Source: Bacteroidales bacterium (GTDB taxonomy: Bacteria > Bacteroidota > Bacteroidia > Bacteroidales > UBA932). From it: a stretch of 64,000 nucleotides of DNA. The translations under genes and the position numbers were made by a program. Shown here piece after piece: positions 40,335-50,058 of the stretch (positions are counted from its first letter, which is position 1; every line of letters begins with the position of its first letter). The stretch covers positions 5,559 to 69,558 of the forward strand of contig JAGBNC010000009.1 of assembly GCA_017634595.1 (NCBI GenBank), read 5' to 3'. A model generated the notes under the pieces. It did no database searches. It was not told the DNA's origin and was given only the letters and a program-made list of their open reading frames with translations.

Positions 40335-40425
40335 TTCGTCCTCAAATAAGGCGCAAAATGAGGACGAACTGGCCCAAAATCCCGTTTCGTCCTCAAATAA
40401 GGCCCATATTGAGGACAAGAAGGTT
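40335..40425. repeat. Tandem 51-bp palindromic repeat (second family)
   Basis: TTCGTCCTCA-AATAAGG...-TGAGGAC at 40335 and 40386; each unit is a hairpin. Confidence 0.75.
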
Positions 40426-40450
40426 CCCGAAAGGAAAACGCATATCACCT

Positions 40451-40575
40451 CTCCCGTGTACAGCCTGTGAATACTGCATGCCGTGCCCTTACGGCATCAA
40501 CATCCCGGGCATCTTCCAGCATTACAACAAGTGCGTCACGGAAGGGACTATGGCCACCGATCGCCAAGACCCGGG
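40451..40575 (+). pseudogene. Fragment of an Fe-S aldo/keto reductase C-terminus
   Basis: PCTACEYCMPCPYGINIPGIFQHYN, the same cluster motif type as in 5832..6953. Confidence 0.7.
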
Positions 40576-40732
40576 GAATTTTCCTCTGAACAGATGCCGG
40601 ATTCAATGCTTGGCGTGTTGCCCATCAAAGTATCCGGAGCGAAATATTTCATCTATTTTTAAAGAAGAAGCGATTATATTTCCATTCTTATTGTTAATTT
40701 CGCACAAAATTTGGGTACAATTAATCATAATC

Positions 40733-40855
40733 ATGAAAGAGATAGAAGTCTATTCTGCGCCTAAGTGTAAAATGATTGACTTGCAGTTGGAAAATATAGT
40801 TGCTGCAAGCGGAGAGGGAATCAATTGGGCAAATGATGGTTACGAAAACAGTTAG
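40733..40855 (+). CDS. 40-aa YxAP peptide heading a fimbrillin-like gene
   Basis: MKEIEVYSAPKCKMIDLQLENIVAASGEGINWANDGYENS*; ends 10 bp before the next ATG; similar to 45039..45191. Confidence 0.65.
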   Translation: MKEIEVYSAPKCKMIDLQLENIVAASGEGINWANDGYENS

Positions 40856-40865
40856 TTCTGGTGCT

Positions 40866-42650
40866 ATGAAGATTTCATTTCATTTTCTTGCCACATTGAG
40901 TGTGTTTGCGGCCGTCTCTTGTGTCAATGAGCTGGACCCAGTTTCGGATGGCGAAGGCAATGACGGTCCGGTCATCCTCAGTGCCACCGTCGAGGATAAC
41001 ACCAAGGCCATCGTAAAAGAAGACTCGGGAGCCTTCGAGTTCTCGGCCGAGGACCAAATCCTGGTCTGGAATGGCATCAAGGGCTATTACGGAACCACTT
41101 CCCAGGGCGGAGCCAAGGCCGATTTTACTATGGAAAAAGGCTTCGATCCGGAGCTGAAAGGCTTCGCCGCTTTCCCGCATAATAGGGCGTCATTCCCTAA
41201 CGAGAGCAGAGTGGATTTCTCCTTTCCGCAAACCTATAAGTTCCTGGAAGTGGGCTCCATCAGCGATAATGCTATCCGAGAAGGTCTAAGTATTAATTTC
41301 CCTGTAGGCCCCGACCATGGGAAAGTCCCCTGTCCCATGATTGCTTACTACAACGGAGACGGGAAGCTGAACTTCCGCCACGTAGGGGCCCTTGTCCGCT
41401 TCCGGATTACCAACACCAGCGCTGACACCGCAACCAAGGCGCTGGAAGACCTCGTTTTCACCTTCACCACGCCGGTTACCGGAGACTTCAGCATGAGCAG
41501 AGTACCTACCGGCCCGAACGAGGGTGTCCATGCATCGGACATTACCAAATACGTGGGCTACAGCATCACCGTCACGGAGGTTCCCAAAACAACTGCAGGG
41601 CAATATGTGTACATCACTCTGCCTGTGCCCGTGGACACCGATCCTAACAACGTAGGCATCTTCCAGGTTGCCAGCCGCCGGATCATCAAAACGCTCCACG
41701 GCACCCCGGTTTCCTTGAAACGGGCGGACGGCTACAAGGTGGGCACCTCCCTGGAACTGGATCCGCTGAGCAGCTTCGGCGGACGCCAGATTGCCGGTTA
41801 TCTGCACTATGGGAAGAATGCACATCACGGTGAGGAAATTGACTACGAGATTTACCCTTACCATTACTGGCCCGAACTATCCGTCCACTCTGAGCGGAAC
41901 GTAACTCATTTCGACTATAACAACATCATAGGCACCGATAATGATTACAATGGAATGGTTTGCGACCATCATATAGAGCTTTGCGGCGAAGGGGTGGAGG
42001 TCCGGTACGGCGATTACGGGAAAATCAAAGTTCGCATCCCAAAGGGGCTGGGCAGCGATTGGTTTGATATCCTGGGGGCAGCCAATGTAGAGAATAAGCG
42101 GCCGGGCGCCACGGTTTATGGGACAGGAGGAGCTCACAAAGGCGTACACTACGCCTACGTAACCGTGCGGAATTACAATGGCGATGGAAACCACTGTTAT
42201 GGCTTGCTGCTTTTCCCGGACAACGCCATCATCACCACCAAGCTAAGCGGCTATAATATACAGATAACGGAGTTCGACAAGCTCTGCGCACCTTCCACTA
42301 CCGGAAGCGACGGAAATTATGTTTCCAAAAAGGAAATGAACCGCCTGACGGACCAGGGCTGCTTCTTCATGCCCGCCGGCTTCGCAGATACCTGGGATGC
42401 CGACAACTATGATGAGAGCGATGATCATATGATTGCCAATGGCGATGGATACGTCTTCAAAGGTATCTTGAAAGAGGGCCGATACTGGACGGCGACAAAC
42501 TCTAAATACACTCCGGGGACCGAATATGACCTTGTGCCCCACTATTACTACATGAAATTCTCGGATACCGAACTACCGCACGACGCCGCATTCGTCAGAA
42601 AGTCGACCGGCGTCTACTTCAATGCTGTCGTGCTGATTAAGGCAGACTGA
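40866..42650 (+). CDS. Fimbrillin / type V pilin-like lipoprotein with C-terminal extension
   Basis: Lipobox AVS-C, TKA processing-site motif, PMIAY...LNFRHVGALVRFRI; C-terminal FMPAG...GRYWTA typical of tip-like subunits. True start at MKISF. Confidence 0.75.
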   Translation: MKISFHFLATLSVFAAVSCVNELDPVSDGEGNDGPVILSATVEDNTKAIVKEDSGAFEFSAEDQILVWNGIKGYYGTTSQGGAKADFTMEKGFDPELKGFAAFPHNRASFPNESRVDFSFPQTYKFLEVGSISDNAIREGLSINFPVGPDHGKVPCPMIAYYNGDGKLNFRHVGALVRFRITNTSADTATKALEDLVFTFTTPVTGDFSMSRVPTGPNEGVHASDITKYVGYSITVTEVPKTTAGQYVYITLPVPVDTDPNNVGIFQVASRRIIKTLHGTPVSLKRADGYKVGTSLELDPLSSFGGRQIAGYLHYGKNAHHGEEIDYEIYPYHYWPELSVHSERNVTHFDYNNIIGTDNDYNGMVCDHHIELCGEGVEVRYGDYGKIKVRIPKGLGSDWFDILGAANVENKRPGATVYGTGGAHKGVHYAYVTVRNYNGDGNHCYGLLLFPDNAIITTKLSGYNIQITEFDKLCAPSTTGSDGNYVSKKEMNRLTDQGCFFMPAGFADTWDADNYDESDDHMIANGDGYVFKGILKEGRYWTATNSKYTPGTEYDLVPHYYYMKFSDTELPHDAAFVRKSTGVYFNAVVLIKAD

Positions 42651-42669
42651 TCCTAATCCATCAGCCTTT

Positions 42670-43527
42670 TTACTGCGTCACTTTCGCCATATTTACCGTA
42701 ATCTGGTAGTATTTGCCGGGGGTGAAGCCCACGTCTTCGGCTTTCTCGTATTGATAAACTGCCCCGTCCTTATCCGTAGCAACCAGCTTGATACGGCAGC
42801 TATTGGTGGCCTTCAGCGCCACATAAATCTCGTGGGTATCTCCCGGCAAATTGAGATTCAGTTCGCCGTAGTTGTAGTCCCAGGTGATATTGTCATAGTA
42901 TTCAAGGATGTTGCTGCGAGTGTTACTGTCACTGATGATAAGGCGGACAGGATAGATGCGCTCTTTTGTGGTTGCATCCTGGAAGATAAACTTGATAATC
43001 GCCTGCAATTTGCCTTTGAACTGTAAGGTTGCTAATTCGTCAAAGATGATTTTATTACCTTCTACGCTATAAGTGTCACCGGAAGTCTCGTTAGTACTTT
43101 TTGTAACCACTTCGCAATAGTCGAATTTCGTGGCGATGGTGGCCAGCGTACCGTCCTGGCCCTCATAATTCTGGAGGGCGCTGATATAATAGAATTCCAG
43201 ACGGTCTTTAGCCGGGTCCGGAGCTTCACACATCGTACCCGTAAGCGCTGTTCTATTCGAGGAACTGGCTACGGCCGACAGCGTGCCGATGTAGGTCCTG
43301 ACATCGTATCCAACCTCGTCGTTGTAACGCTTCTTATAGACCTGAACCTCTTCCGTCCCGTCCCAGGTGGCCTTCAAGGTGTTGCCGTCGGGTGTGAGGG
43401 CTTTTGTAGCCAGGTCCTCCTTGGTGGCCTGGATGGTCAGGGTATAGCCCTGGGGCTCGAGTTCGCTATGGGTGCAGGCGGACAGCGCCGCAGCAGCAAT
43501 CAGTATAAGTGCGATATATTTCTTCAT
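42670..43527 (-). CDS. Fimbrillin / type V pilin-like lipoprotein
   Basis: Lipobox LSA-C, ATKA, QAIIKF, C-terminal FTPGKYYQITV. Confidence 0.75.
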   Translation of the reverse strand: MKKYIALILIAAAALSACTHSELEPQGYTLTIQATKEDLATKALTPDGNTLKATWDGTEEVQVYKKRYNDEVGYDVRTYIGTLSAVASSSNRTALTGTMCEAPDPAKDRLEFYYISALQNYEGQDGTLATIATKFDYCEVVTKSTNETSGDTYSVEGNKIIFDELATLQFKGKLQAIIKFIFQDATTKERIYPVRLIISDSNTRSNILEYYDNITWDYNYGELNLNLPGDTHEIYVALKATNSCRIKLVATDKDGAVYQYEKAEDVGFTPGKYYQITVNMAKVTQ

Positions 43528-43539
43528 GGCAGTTACCCC

Positions 43540-45024
43540 TTAATTCCATTCTTCTATGGCTCCTTCGTTATAGCCATCGTTTGTAGTGTAGGCGCCTTCC
43601 ACGGGCGGAACGGCCGACAGAGGGCCAATTTTACGCAGGGACATGGCATAATTTCTATTTCCAACTACTAACTTAAGCGAGCCGGAATCGAAGTCATTAT
43701 CGGTGCCGTTCCTTGGGCCATCGAAATAGAATTCAATAGTTGTATCCGGCATCCTTTCGCGCTTGATGTAGGAGCTGGTCCAGTAGTGTCCGGAATAACC
43801 ATTCTTAAGGTCGTCTTCTGGTTTCTTCCCCTGGTTGGCAACCACATCGCAGGAAGGGAAATAGATGAAACGGTTGGTGAAGCCCGTTTTCTTAGAACGG
43901 AACACGTAGCCGTCCACTATATTGAGGGGCAACCATTCGTGCGACGTGTTATTGAGCAGTTCTTTATACTGGTCCATCGAGGGCCAGTCCGAACGTGTGT
44001 CAATACCGGGCGACCAAACCTGAAGCCGCGCATAGTCCTCGCCATTGTGCTCAACGGCGTCATAAGAACCTACGATTCCGTAGGATGATGTAGCGTTGAT
44101 GTTGTACCAGGCAACGCTGAGGCCCAGATCCACAAGCGCCATCTCGTCGTATTTTTCCAGATACACATTGGACTTGTAGCTTTTTCCGGGAAGAAAACCC
44201 TGCGGCAGAAGCTTATAGCCCCAATACTGTTTGTTGTCTTCTGCAGTGACGATGAAGGTCATCAGATACCGATGCTCCTTGTCAACCGGGTCACTGCCTG
44301 CAAGGGCCACGAAATAATCCTGCCTGGAGGTGCCGTCAGTCAGGCTGGCTTCAATAATGGGCTCGGCCGTGCTTTTTCCTGTGTTGTCAAAACGTCCGTA
44401 ATAGAACGCGACCTCCTTGATGTCCATGGGCTGCCCGCTTGCAGCCAAGCAGAAAGTGAACTTCAGGATGGCCTGGTTGGCCTTCAGAGTGGCCGGACCG
44501 TTGAAAGAGAGGGTATTGGTCTCTTTTACAAAGTGGAGGGTGCTTTCTCCCTTGGCGATGTCAAAGTTCTTGGCGATGTCCGCCAAAGTGCCTTTCGTCT
44601 GCTCCCTATACCCGCTGGCGCCCAAAATCATCATGTTGGCAGCGGGCTTGTCTCCGGTTTTAAGTTTTTCGACATCCCGCTGGTTGTAGTAGAGGCTCAC
44701 CTTGTAGTCTCCACTTGCAGTATACCCCACCGTAAGGTCCCCGTGGAATTGGTTCAGATGCTCCTGGCTGTTGGTGAGGGTGCCCAGATATTCATCCGAT
44801 GCGACCCCTGATGCACTCTCTTTGGCGAATACATAGAGTTTATCGCCTGCGGCGAAACCTGCCGTGATGCCATCCTCATCGGCGGAGAGCGCCTTGGTCT
44901 GCTCCAGGGAGACGTCCAGCGCCACGTGGACCGTGCTTTTGCCCGACGGCTGCTCGAGTTGGTTGGGATTGCAGGAGAGGGCCAGGAAAGCCAGTAAAGC
45001 CAGGTAAATAATTCGTTTTCTCAT
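43540..45024 (-). CDS. Fimbrillin-like lipoprotein with VDLGLS C-terminal domain
   Basis: Lipobox ALS-C, QTKA, QAILKF, PGKSYK, then VDLGLSVAW...GHYWTSS. Confidence 0.75.
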   Translation of the reverse strand: MRKRIIYLALLAFLALSCNPNQLEQPSGKSTVHVALDVSLEQTKALSADEDGITAGFAAGDKLYVFAKESASGVASDEYLGTLTNSQEHLNQFHGDLTVGYTASGDYKVSLYYNQRDVEKLKTGDKPAANMMILGASGYREQTKGTLADIAKNFDIAKGESTLHFVKETNTLSFNGPATLKANQAILKFTFCLAASGQPMDIKEVAFYYGRFDNTGKSTAEPIIEASLTDGTSRQDYFVALAGSDPVDKEHRYLMTFIVTAEDNKQYWGYKLLPQGFLPGKSYKSNVYLEKYDEMALVDLGLSVAWYNINATSSYGIVGSYDAVEHNGEDYARLQVWSPGIDTRSDWPSMDQYKELLNNTSHEWLPLNIVDGYVFRSKKTGFTNRFIYFPSCDVVANQGKKPEDDLKNGYSGHYWTSSYIKRERMPDTTIEFYFDGPRNGTDNDFDSGSLKLVVGNRNYAMSLRKIGPLSAVPPVEGAYTTNDGYNEGAIEEWN

Positions 45025-45038
45025 TGTCCGTCCCTCCA

Positions 45039-45191
45039 TCAGATTTCGTCGAAAGGGCTATAATCGCCATAATCGCCATCGCGGTTGACCATCTGTCCTG
45101 CAGGACTTGCCACGTTGACGGCCCCTGCCGCTTCCAAGGTTACGACCTTGACGACCGGGGCATCATAATTCATTGTGCTTGCTTCTTTCAT
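45039..45191 (-). CDS. 50-aa YxAP peptide heading the reverse fimbrillin unit
   Basis: MKEASTMNYDAPVVKVVTLEAAGAVNVASPAGQMVNRDGDYGDYSPFDEI*; a TAATTTTG promoter element lies upstream. Confidence 0.65.
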   Translation of the reverse strand: MKEASTMNYDAPVVKVVTLEAAGAVNVASPAGQMVNRDGDYGDYSPFDEI

Positions 45192-45417
45192 ATAGGGTAT
45201 GATAGGATTTCAGTATGAGCATTTCGGCAAGAATGCAAAATTACAAAATAAATGGAATGGTTATCCGGGTTTTGTTTGTTTTCCGTCCTGGTCGTTGGAC
45301 AAATCTTCTGGGCCCGAGAAAGGATGATAGAATAGTTTGTTTCCTTGCGCAAAATGTTTTAGGCCAATTTACCGGCTATGCGCAAAATGTTGGCTAATTT
45401 GCCGCGGCGGCAGGAGC

Positions 45418-45675
45418 GGCCTCAACGACCACAGGGTGGACACCCCCGGCCACCGCCTCCGGGCCGACTTCTCCGACGGTGATCCCGACATCGAAGCCCC
45501 GTATTACATCCTCAAACACACCCTCTGCACCGCCGTACTTACCGAGAATGGATTCATGGATTCGCCCCTCAGCCTGGCCTTCCTGGAATCAGCCGAAGGC
45601 AAGAAAGCCATCATAACCCTCCACGTTGAGGGAATCATAGACTTCATCAACCAGCGCGCCAACGAGCCACTATAA
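45418..45675 (+). pseudogene. Collapsed N-acetylmuramoyl-L-alanine amidase
   Basis: LNDHRVDTPG (degenerate NGHGxDTPG) is fused to HRLRADFSDGDPD...YILKHT.C.AVLTENGFMD...LHVEGI. Confidence 0.75.
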
Positions 45676-45868
45676 TTCCTCCCTACTCCACCCCTTTCCC
45701 TCGACACCAAAAGATGTCGGGGCTTTTGTATTTTCAAGACAGAATTTATGACAACTGTCCGTCAATTTGCATTTGTTATTTCATTTTGTTGCTCAATCTT
45801 ATACGTCTTTACATAAAAATCGTTAAATTTGTTAGTTGCATTTTGATTATTTTGAGTTAATACACTAT

Positions 45869-47797
45869 ATGGCCAACCTGTCCAAAATAAAGCGAGACCA
45901 GATGATTGCTTTCCTGGAGAGCCTTAAGGAGTCCCACTCTGACGATGCCTCCATCCAGGCCTTCAACGAGATAGAGAATCATATCCGCGACAAGAAATAC
46001 GGCCTTGTCTGGGAGGAACATTCCGAGGAAGTGGATGACCTTCTGAAAGAGAACATCCCGATTCTTACTGCAGATCCGGAGCGTCGGCTTTGCAAAGATG
46101 CTTCTCTGCCGTGGAATTTCATCATTGAAGGCGACAATCTGCAGGCGCTCTACCTTTTGGAAAAGACTCACAAGGGAAAAGTAGATTGCATCTATATCGA
46201 TCCGCCGTATAACACGGGTGCCAGGGACTGGAAGTACAACAACGACTATGTAGACGGAAGTGATGTATACAGGCACAGCAAGTGGTTATCTATGATGAAG
46301 AATCGCCTTCTTCTTGCCAAGAACTTGCTCAATCCCGCTGACTCTGTTCTTATTTGTACGATAGACGAGAAAGAGTATCTTAGATTAGGTTGTTTGCTTG
46401 AAGAGGTATTTCCAGATGCTCGTATACAAATGGTTAGCGTTGCCATTCATTCTTCGGGCATTGCACGATCGGAGTTTTCACGGACAGATGAATATTATTT
46501 CTTTGTATTCGTAGGCTCCTCTGCTCCTGTTGCAGTCCCGCTTGGTTCAGAATGGCAGTCTGATGGAACAAAACGTCAACAAGATGTTCGTTGGGAGAGT
46601 ATGTTACGATCGGGAAATAATGGTCGACGCATAGACCGTCCGAATTTATTCTTCCCAGCCCTCTTCGAAGAGAGTACCGGTGAGTTTCTGGGCTTTGATA
46701 AACCTGTTCCGTTGGAAGTGTCTGGAGCCGATTATATACCGCCTCTTGGAGCGATTGCGATACTTCCATATGCATCAGATGGGAGCGAGGCATGCTGGCG
46801 TATCTCTGCCAAAAAGGCTCTCGAACTCAAGTCCATTGGAGCCTTTGACTGGAGTCCTATAAAGGATGGAAAGACAACATTGAAATATCTCAAGCCCGGA
46901 GAACTCGAAAAGATTGAAAAGGGTGAGTACCAAGTTGTTGGTCATAAAGAGAATGGTGCAATGATTGTTTCTGCTGAGAATTATTCTCCTAAATGGGTAC
47001 CTGGCACACAATGGCATGTGCCAACACATCAGGCAGGAGGAGCAGGTGGTAGCAGTTTGATTAAGACCGTTCTCAAAACAAAAAGATTTGATTTCCCCAA
47101 GTCATTATATGCCGTGCGGGATACTTTACGCTTCATGACGGCCAATAAACCAAATGCCATAATAGTGGACTTCTTTGCAGGTTCGGGGACAACATTTCAT
47201 GCTGTTAACCTCCTCAATGCTGAAGACGGCGGCAACAGGAAATGTATAATGGTTACGAATAATGAGGTCTCTGTCAATGAGGCCAAAGAATTAAAGGAGA
47301 AAGGATATAAGCCGGGTGATGATGAGTGGGAAAAATATGGGATTGCAAAGTTTGTTACGTGGCCAAGAACAGTATGTTGCATAGAAGGGCACGACGTTGA
47401 TGGAGACTCTTTAAAGGGCACATATACGACGAGTTTAGGCACGGAAATCAAATGCTCTGACGGTTTTAAAGCCAACGTTAAATTTTTCAAGTGCAGCTGG
47501 ACCCCCCGCAAACCGGAAGACTATCTCCTTAGCAACGCTTTGTGCCTGCATATAAAGGAGATGATTGAACTCCAGAATGCCATCGAGGTTGATAATGTGA
47601 AGAATGTTCTCATTTTGAACAAGGAAGACTTCAAGCGTACCATCCTCAACGCAGACGTTCGTCCTCATATTGAACGAGTCTGGGTGAACCAGAACATCAT
47701 ATTCAGCACCGAGGAACTCAAGGCGCTGAAAGAAATAGGCTACAAATACATTCCGAGGGAATTCTTCGGACAAGAACTCAGGGAGGCAGCAGAATAA
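45869..47797 (+). CDS. mod: Type III R-M modification methylase
   Basis: NFIIEGDNL, CIYIDPPYNTG, HSKWLSMM, FPK, VDFFAGSGTT; overlaps the next gene. Start at MANLSK. Confidence 0.92.
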   Translation: MANLSKIKRDQMIAFLESLKESHSDDASIQAFNEIENHIRDKKYGLVWEEHSEEVDDLLKENIPILTADPERRLCKDASLPWNFIIEGDNLQALYLLEKTHKGKVDCIYIDPPYNTGARDWKYNNDYVDGSDVYRHSKWLSMMKNRLLLAKNLLNPADSVLICTIDEKEYLRLGCLLEEVFPDARIQMVSVAIHSSGIARSEFSRTDEYYFFVFVGSSAPVAVPLGSEWQSDGTKRQQDVRWESMLRSGNNGRRIDRPNLFFPALFEESTGEFLGFDKPVPLEVSGADYIPPLGAIAILPYASDGSEACWRISAKKALELKSIGAFDWSPIKDGKTTLKYLKPGELEKIEKGEYQVVGHKENGAMIVSAENYSPKWVPGTQWHVPTHQAGGAGGSSLIKTVLKTKRFDFPKSLYAVRDTLRFMTANKPNAIIVDFFAGSGTTFHAVNLLNAEDGGNRKCIMVTNNEVSVNEAKELKEKGYKPGDDEWEKYGIAKFVTWPRTVCCIEGHDVDGDSLKGTYTTSLGTEIKCSDGFKANVKFFKCSWTPRKPEDYLLSNALCLHIKEMIELQNAIEVDNVKNVLILNKEDFKRTILNADVRPHIERVWVNQNIIFSTEELKALKEIGYKYIPREFFGQELREAAE

Positions 47798-50046
47798 TGT
47801 TTACAGGCGATATCATTCCTTTCCAGTCAAAGCATGAGGAGAGTCTCCTTCGCAAATGTGCAGACCATTACGAAGTCATCCTCTATGCACCTACCGGCTC
47901 TGGCAAGACAGTCCTTGTCAGCCGTTTCATCGATGACTACTTGGACGAGAATCCGAACACGGTATTTCTTTGGCTCTGCCCGGGCGCCGGTGGACTGGAG
48001 AGACAGTCTCAAGACACATTTGAGGCTGTTACTTCCGGCATTTCCGATGGCGATGTATATGATTTTATCAGCGAGCCCAATCCTCGCGGCCGTGTGTATT
48101 TCATCAACTGGGATAAGATTAATAAGAAGTCTAATGTCGTTCTGCGTGAGGGCGAGCATAAAGACCTGATGACAAAGGTCCTGCATTGCCACAACGACGG
48201 GATTGACATCTTTATGCTCATTGACGAGGAGCACAAATATCGCGATACGGCCAACGAATATGTTGCCAACATCCAGCCTGTACACGTACTCCGAATCTCC
48301 GCTACACCGGTCAGCAAAGGCGATGCTGTTGAGGAAATCAAGGACGATGAAGTCATTGCAGCTGGCTTGATTGCTTCCGGCATTTCTATCAATGAAGGTG
48401 TTTCCCGGGCCATCCAAGAGAACAACAACCTGGACGATGACCTCCAGCTGCTTGAGTTGGCAGACAAGAAGCGCAAAGAGATCCTGGCTGAATACGACAA
48501 GCGCGGGCTGAAGATTCGCCCCCTCGTCCTGATACAGTTCCCGAATGGACGGGAAGACTGGATTAAGCGAGTGAAAGACGCTCTTACAGATATGGGGTAT
48601 CCGGAAACCTCTGGACTTGTCGCTTCCTGGTTCAGTGGTGACCATCCAGACAATCCAGAGCAGATTAGCAACCTCGACGGCCAATATGCCTTCCTGCTGT
48701 TTAAACAGGCTATTGCAACTGGCTGGGATTGCCCTCGCGCCAAGATTCTCGTAAAGCTGCGTGAAGGCGGCACAGAGCGATTCAATATCCAAACCGTAGG
48801 TCGAATCCGCCGCATGCCTGAGCGCAAGCACTATGGTCTTGCACTCCTGGATAATTGCTATCTCTACACACTGGATAACGAGTTCACCGAGGGAATGACC
48901 ACCAGCCTCTCGGACTCCTTCTACACCTATCAGTACAGGCGTAAACTGACGGCCCCCAACATCCTTCTTGAAAAAGAGTCATTGGATGGAAGCGACCGCT
49001 TTGCTGTGAATCCTGAGGCTGTCGTCAAAGTAGTGCGTAAGGCCATGTTGAAGGCTTGCGACCTGAACGGCGATGGTGTACTGGAGAAGGATGAGATGGA
49101 GAAAACGAAGGGCTATATCTTCGGCACCAAACTGAAGACTTCGGCCATTGAAGGCGTTGCCCGTACAACCCACGATATGCTGAAGCTGAACAGTATCTTC
49201 GGCGGCGAACACCAGATAAACAATCACGATGATGGCTTCATCATCCGCGACGCCAAGCGTCGTATCGCTGCTGCTATCGGCGTCGATGAGAATATCTCCA
49301 ACAATGCCCTTCGTGTACTCTTTGGCCCTGGAGATTATTACAACCCCATTTTCTCCGACGAGGAGAAGGAGTTTGAGCGTAAGAACAAGCTTCTCACCGA
49401 TATGTCTCTTCGTGAATACAATGCCTTCCTGGTCAACAACAAGGAACGGCTTATAGAAGTCTTCGAACAGATCAGTTTGAACGAGATTGGTGAGATTAAG
49501 GAAACCACCATCAGGAAATCTCAGTGGGGCATCCCGGCCTACCAGTACTACAATCAGCACAAGAAGATGAAGGCCACGAAGGTCTATCAGAAGAATGTGT
49601 ATGATAACTACGGCAACAACATCCTGATTGCCCCAAACCGCACATACACCGAGATTATGTTCGAAGAGTGGTGTGAGGGCTACGACAAGGTGAAACACGT
49701 CTATAAGAACGGTGACAAGGGCGAAGACTTCTTCAGCATCGTTTACCGCCGTGCCTTCCGTAGGAACCACTTCTACCCCGACTATATCATCCAAACTACG
49801 GATGGCAAGATATGGATTCTAGAGGCAAAAGGCGGTATGACCGCTGACGGCTCCTCTAACAATATCGATAAATATGCTGGCAAGAAGTTCGATGCACTGA
49901 AAGAGTATTGCTCCCGTCACCCCGAACTCCACTGGGGCTTTGTCCGCGCTGTTGGCACCCAGCTCTACATCAGTAATACTGAGTGGGCAGAGGATGTGAC
50001 CAACGATGTAGTCTGGAAACCGATAGAATCAATAATCATGCAATAG
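47797..50046 (+). CDS. res: Type III R-M restriction subunit (helicase + PD-(D/E)XK nuclease)
   Basis: APTGSGKT, IDEEH, GWDCPRA, QTVGRIRR, FYPDYII...ILEAKG. Confidence 0.92.
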   Translation: MFTGDIIPFQSKHEESLLRKCADHYEVILYAPTGSGKTVLVSRFIDDYLDENPNTVFLWLCPGAGGLERQSQDTFEAVTSGISDGDVYDFISEPNPRGRVYFINWDKINKKSNVVLREGEHKDLMTKVLHCHNDGIDIFMLIDEEHKYRDTANEYVANIQPVHVLRISATPVSKGDAVEEIKDDEVIAAGLIASGISINEGVSRAIQENNNLDDDLQLLELADKKRKEILAEYDKRGLKIRPLVLIQFPNGREDWIKRVKDALTDMGYPETSGLVASWFSGDHPDNPEQISNLDGQYAFLLFKQAIATGWDCPRAKILVKLREGGTERFNIQTVGRIRRMPERKHYGLALLDNCYLYTLDNEFTEGMTTSLSDSFYTYQYRRKLTAPNILLEKESLDGSDRFAVNPEAVVKVVRKAMLKACDLNGDGVLEKDEMEKTKGYIFGTKLKTSAIEGVARTTHDMLKLNSIFGGEHQINNHDDGFIIRDAKRRIAAAIGVDENISNNALRVLFGPGDYYNPIFSDEEKEFERKNKLLTDMSLREYNAFLVNNKERLIEVFEQISLNEIGEIKETTIRKSQWGIPAYQYYNQHKKMKATKVYQKNVYDNYGNNILIAPNRTYTEIMFEEWCEGYDKVKHVYKNGDKGEDFFSIVYRRAFRRNHFYPDYIIQTTDGKIWILEAKGGMTADGSSNNIDKYAGKKFDALKEYCSRHPELHWGFVRAVGTQLYISNTEWAEDVTNDVVWKPIESIIMQ

Positions 50047-50058
50047 TATTTGAATTTG

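Noticed and set aside
19246-40600. Integron cassette array
   Set aside because: No IntI gene, and no recurring attC-like RYYYAAC...GTTRRRY sites between the genes.
40733-45191. Lasso peptide or RiPP cluster suggested by the YxxP motif of the small peptides
   Set aside because: No cyclase, peptidase, PqqD/RRE or radical-SAM gene is in the window, and there is no leader Thr/Gly pattern.
40600-45400. Invertible (phase-variable) pilin cassette
   Set aside because: The convergent layout is suggestive, but I found no flanking inverted repeats and no intact recombinase nearby.
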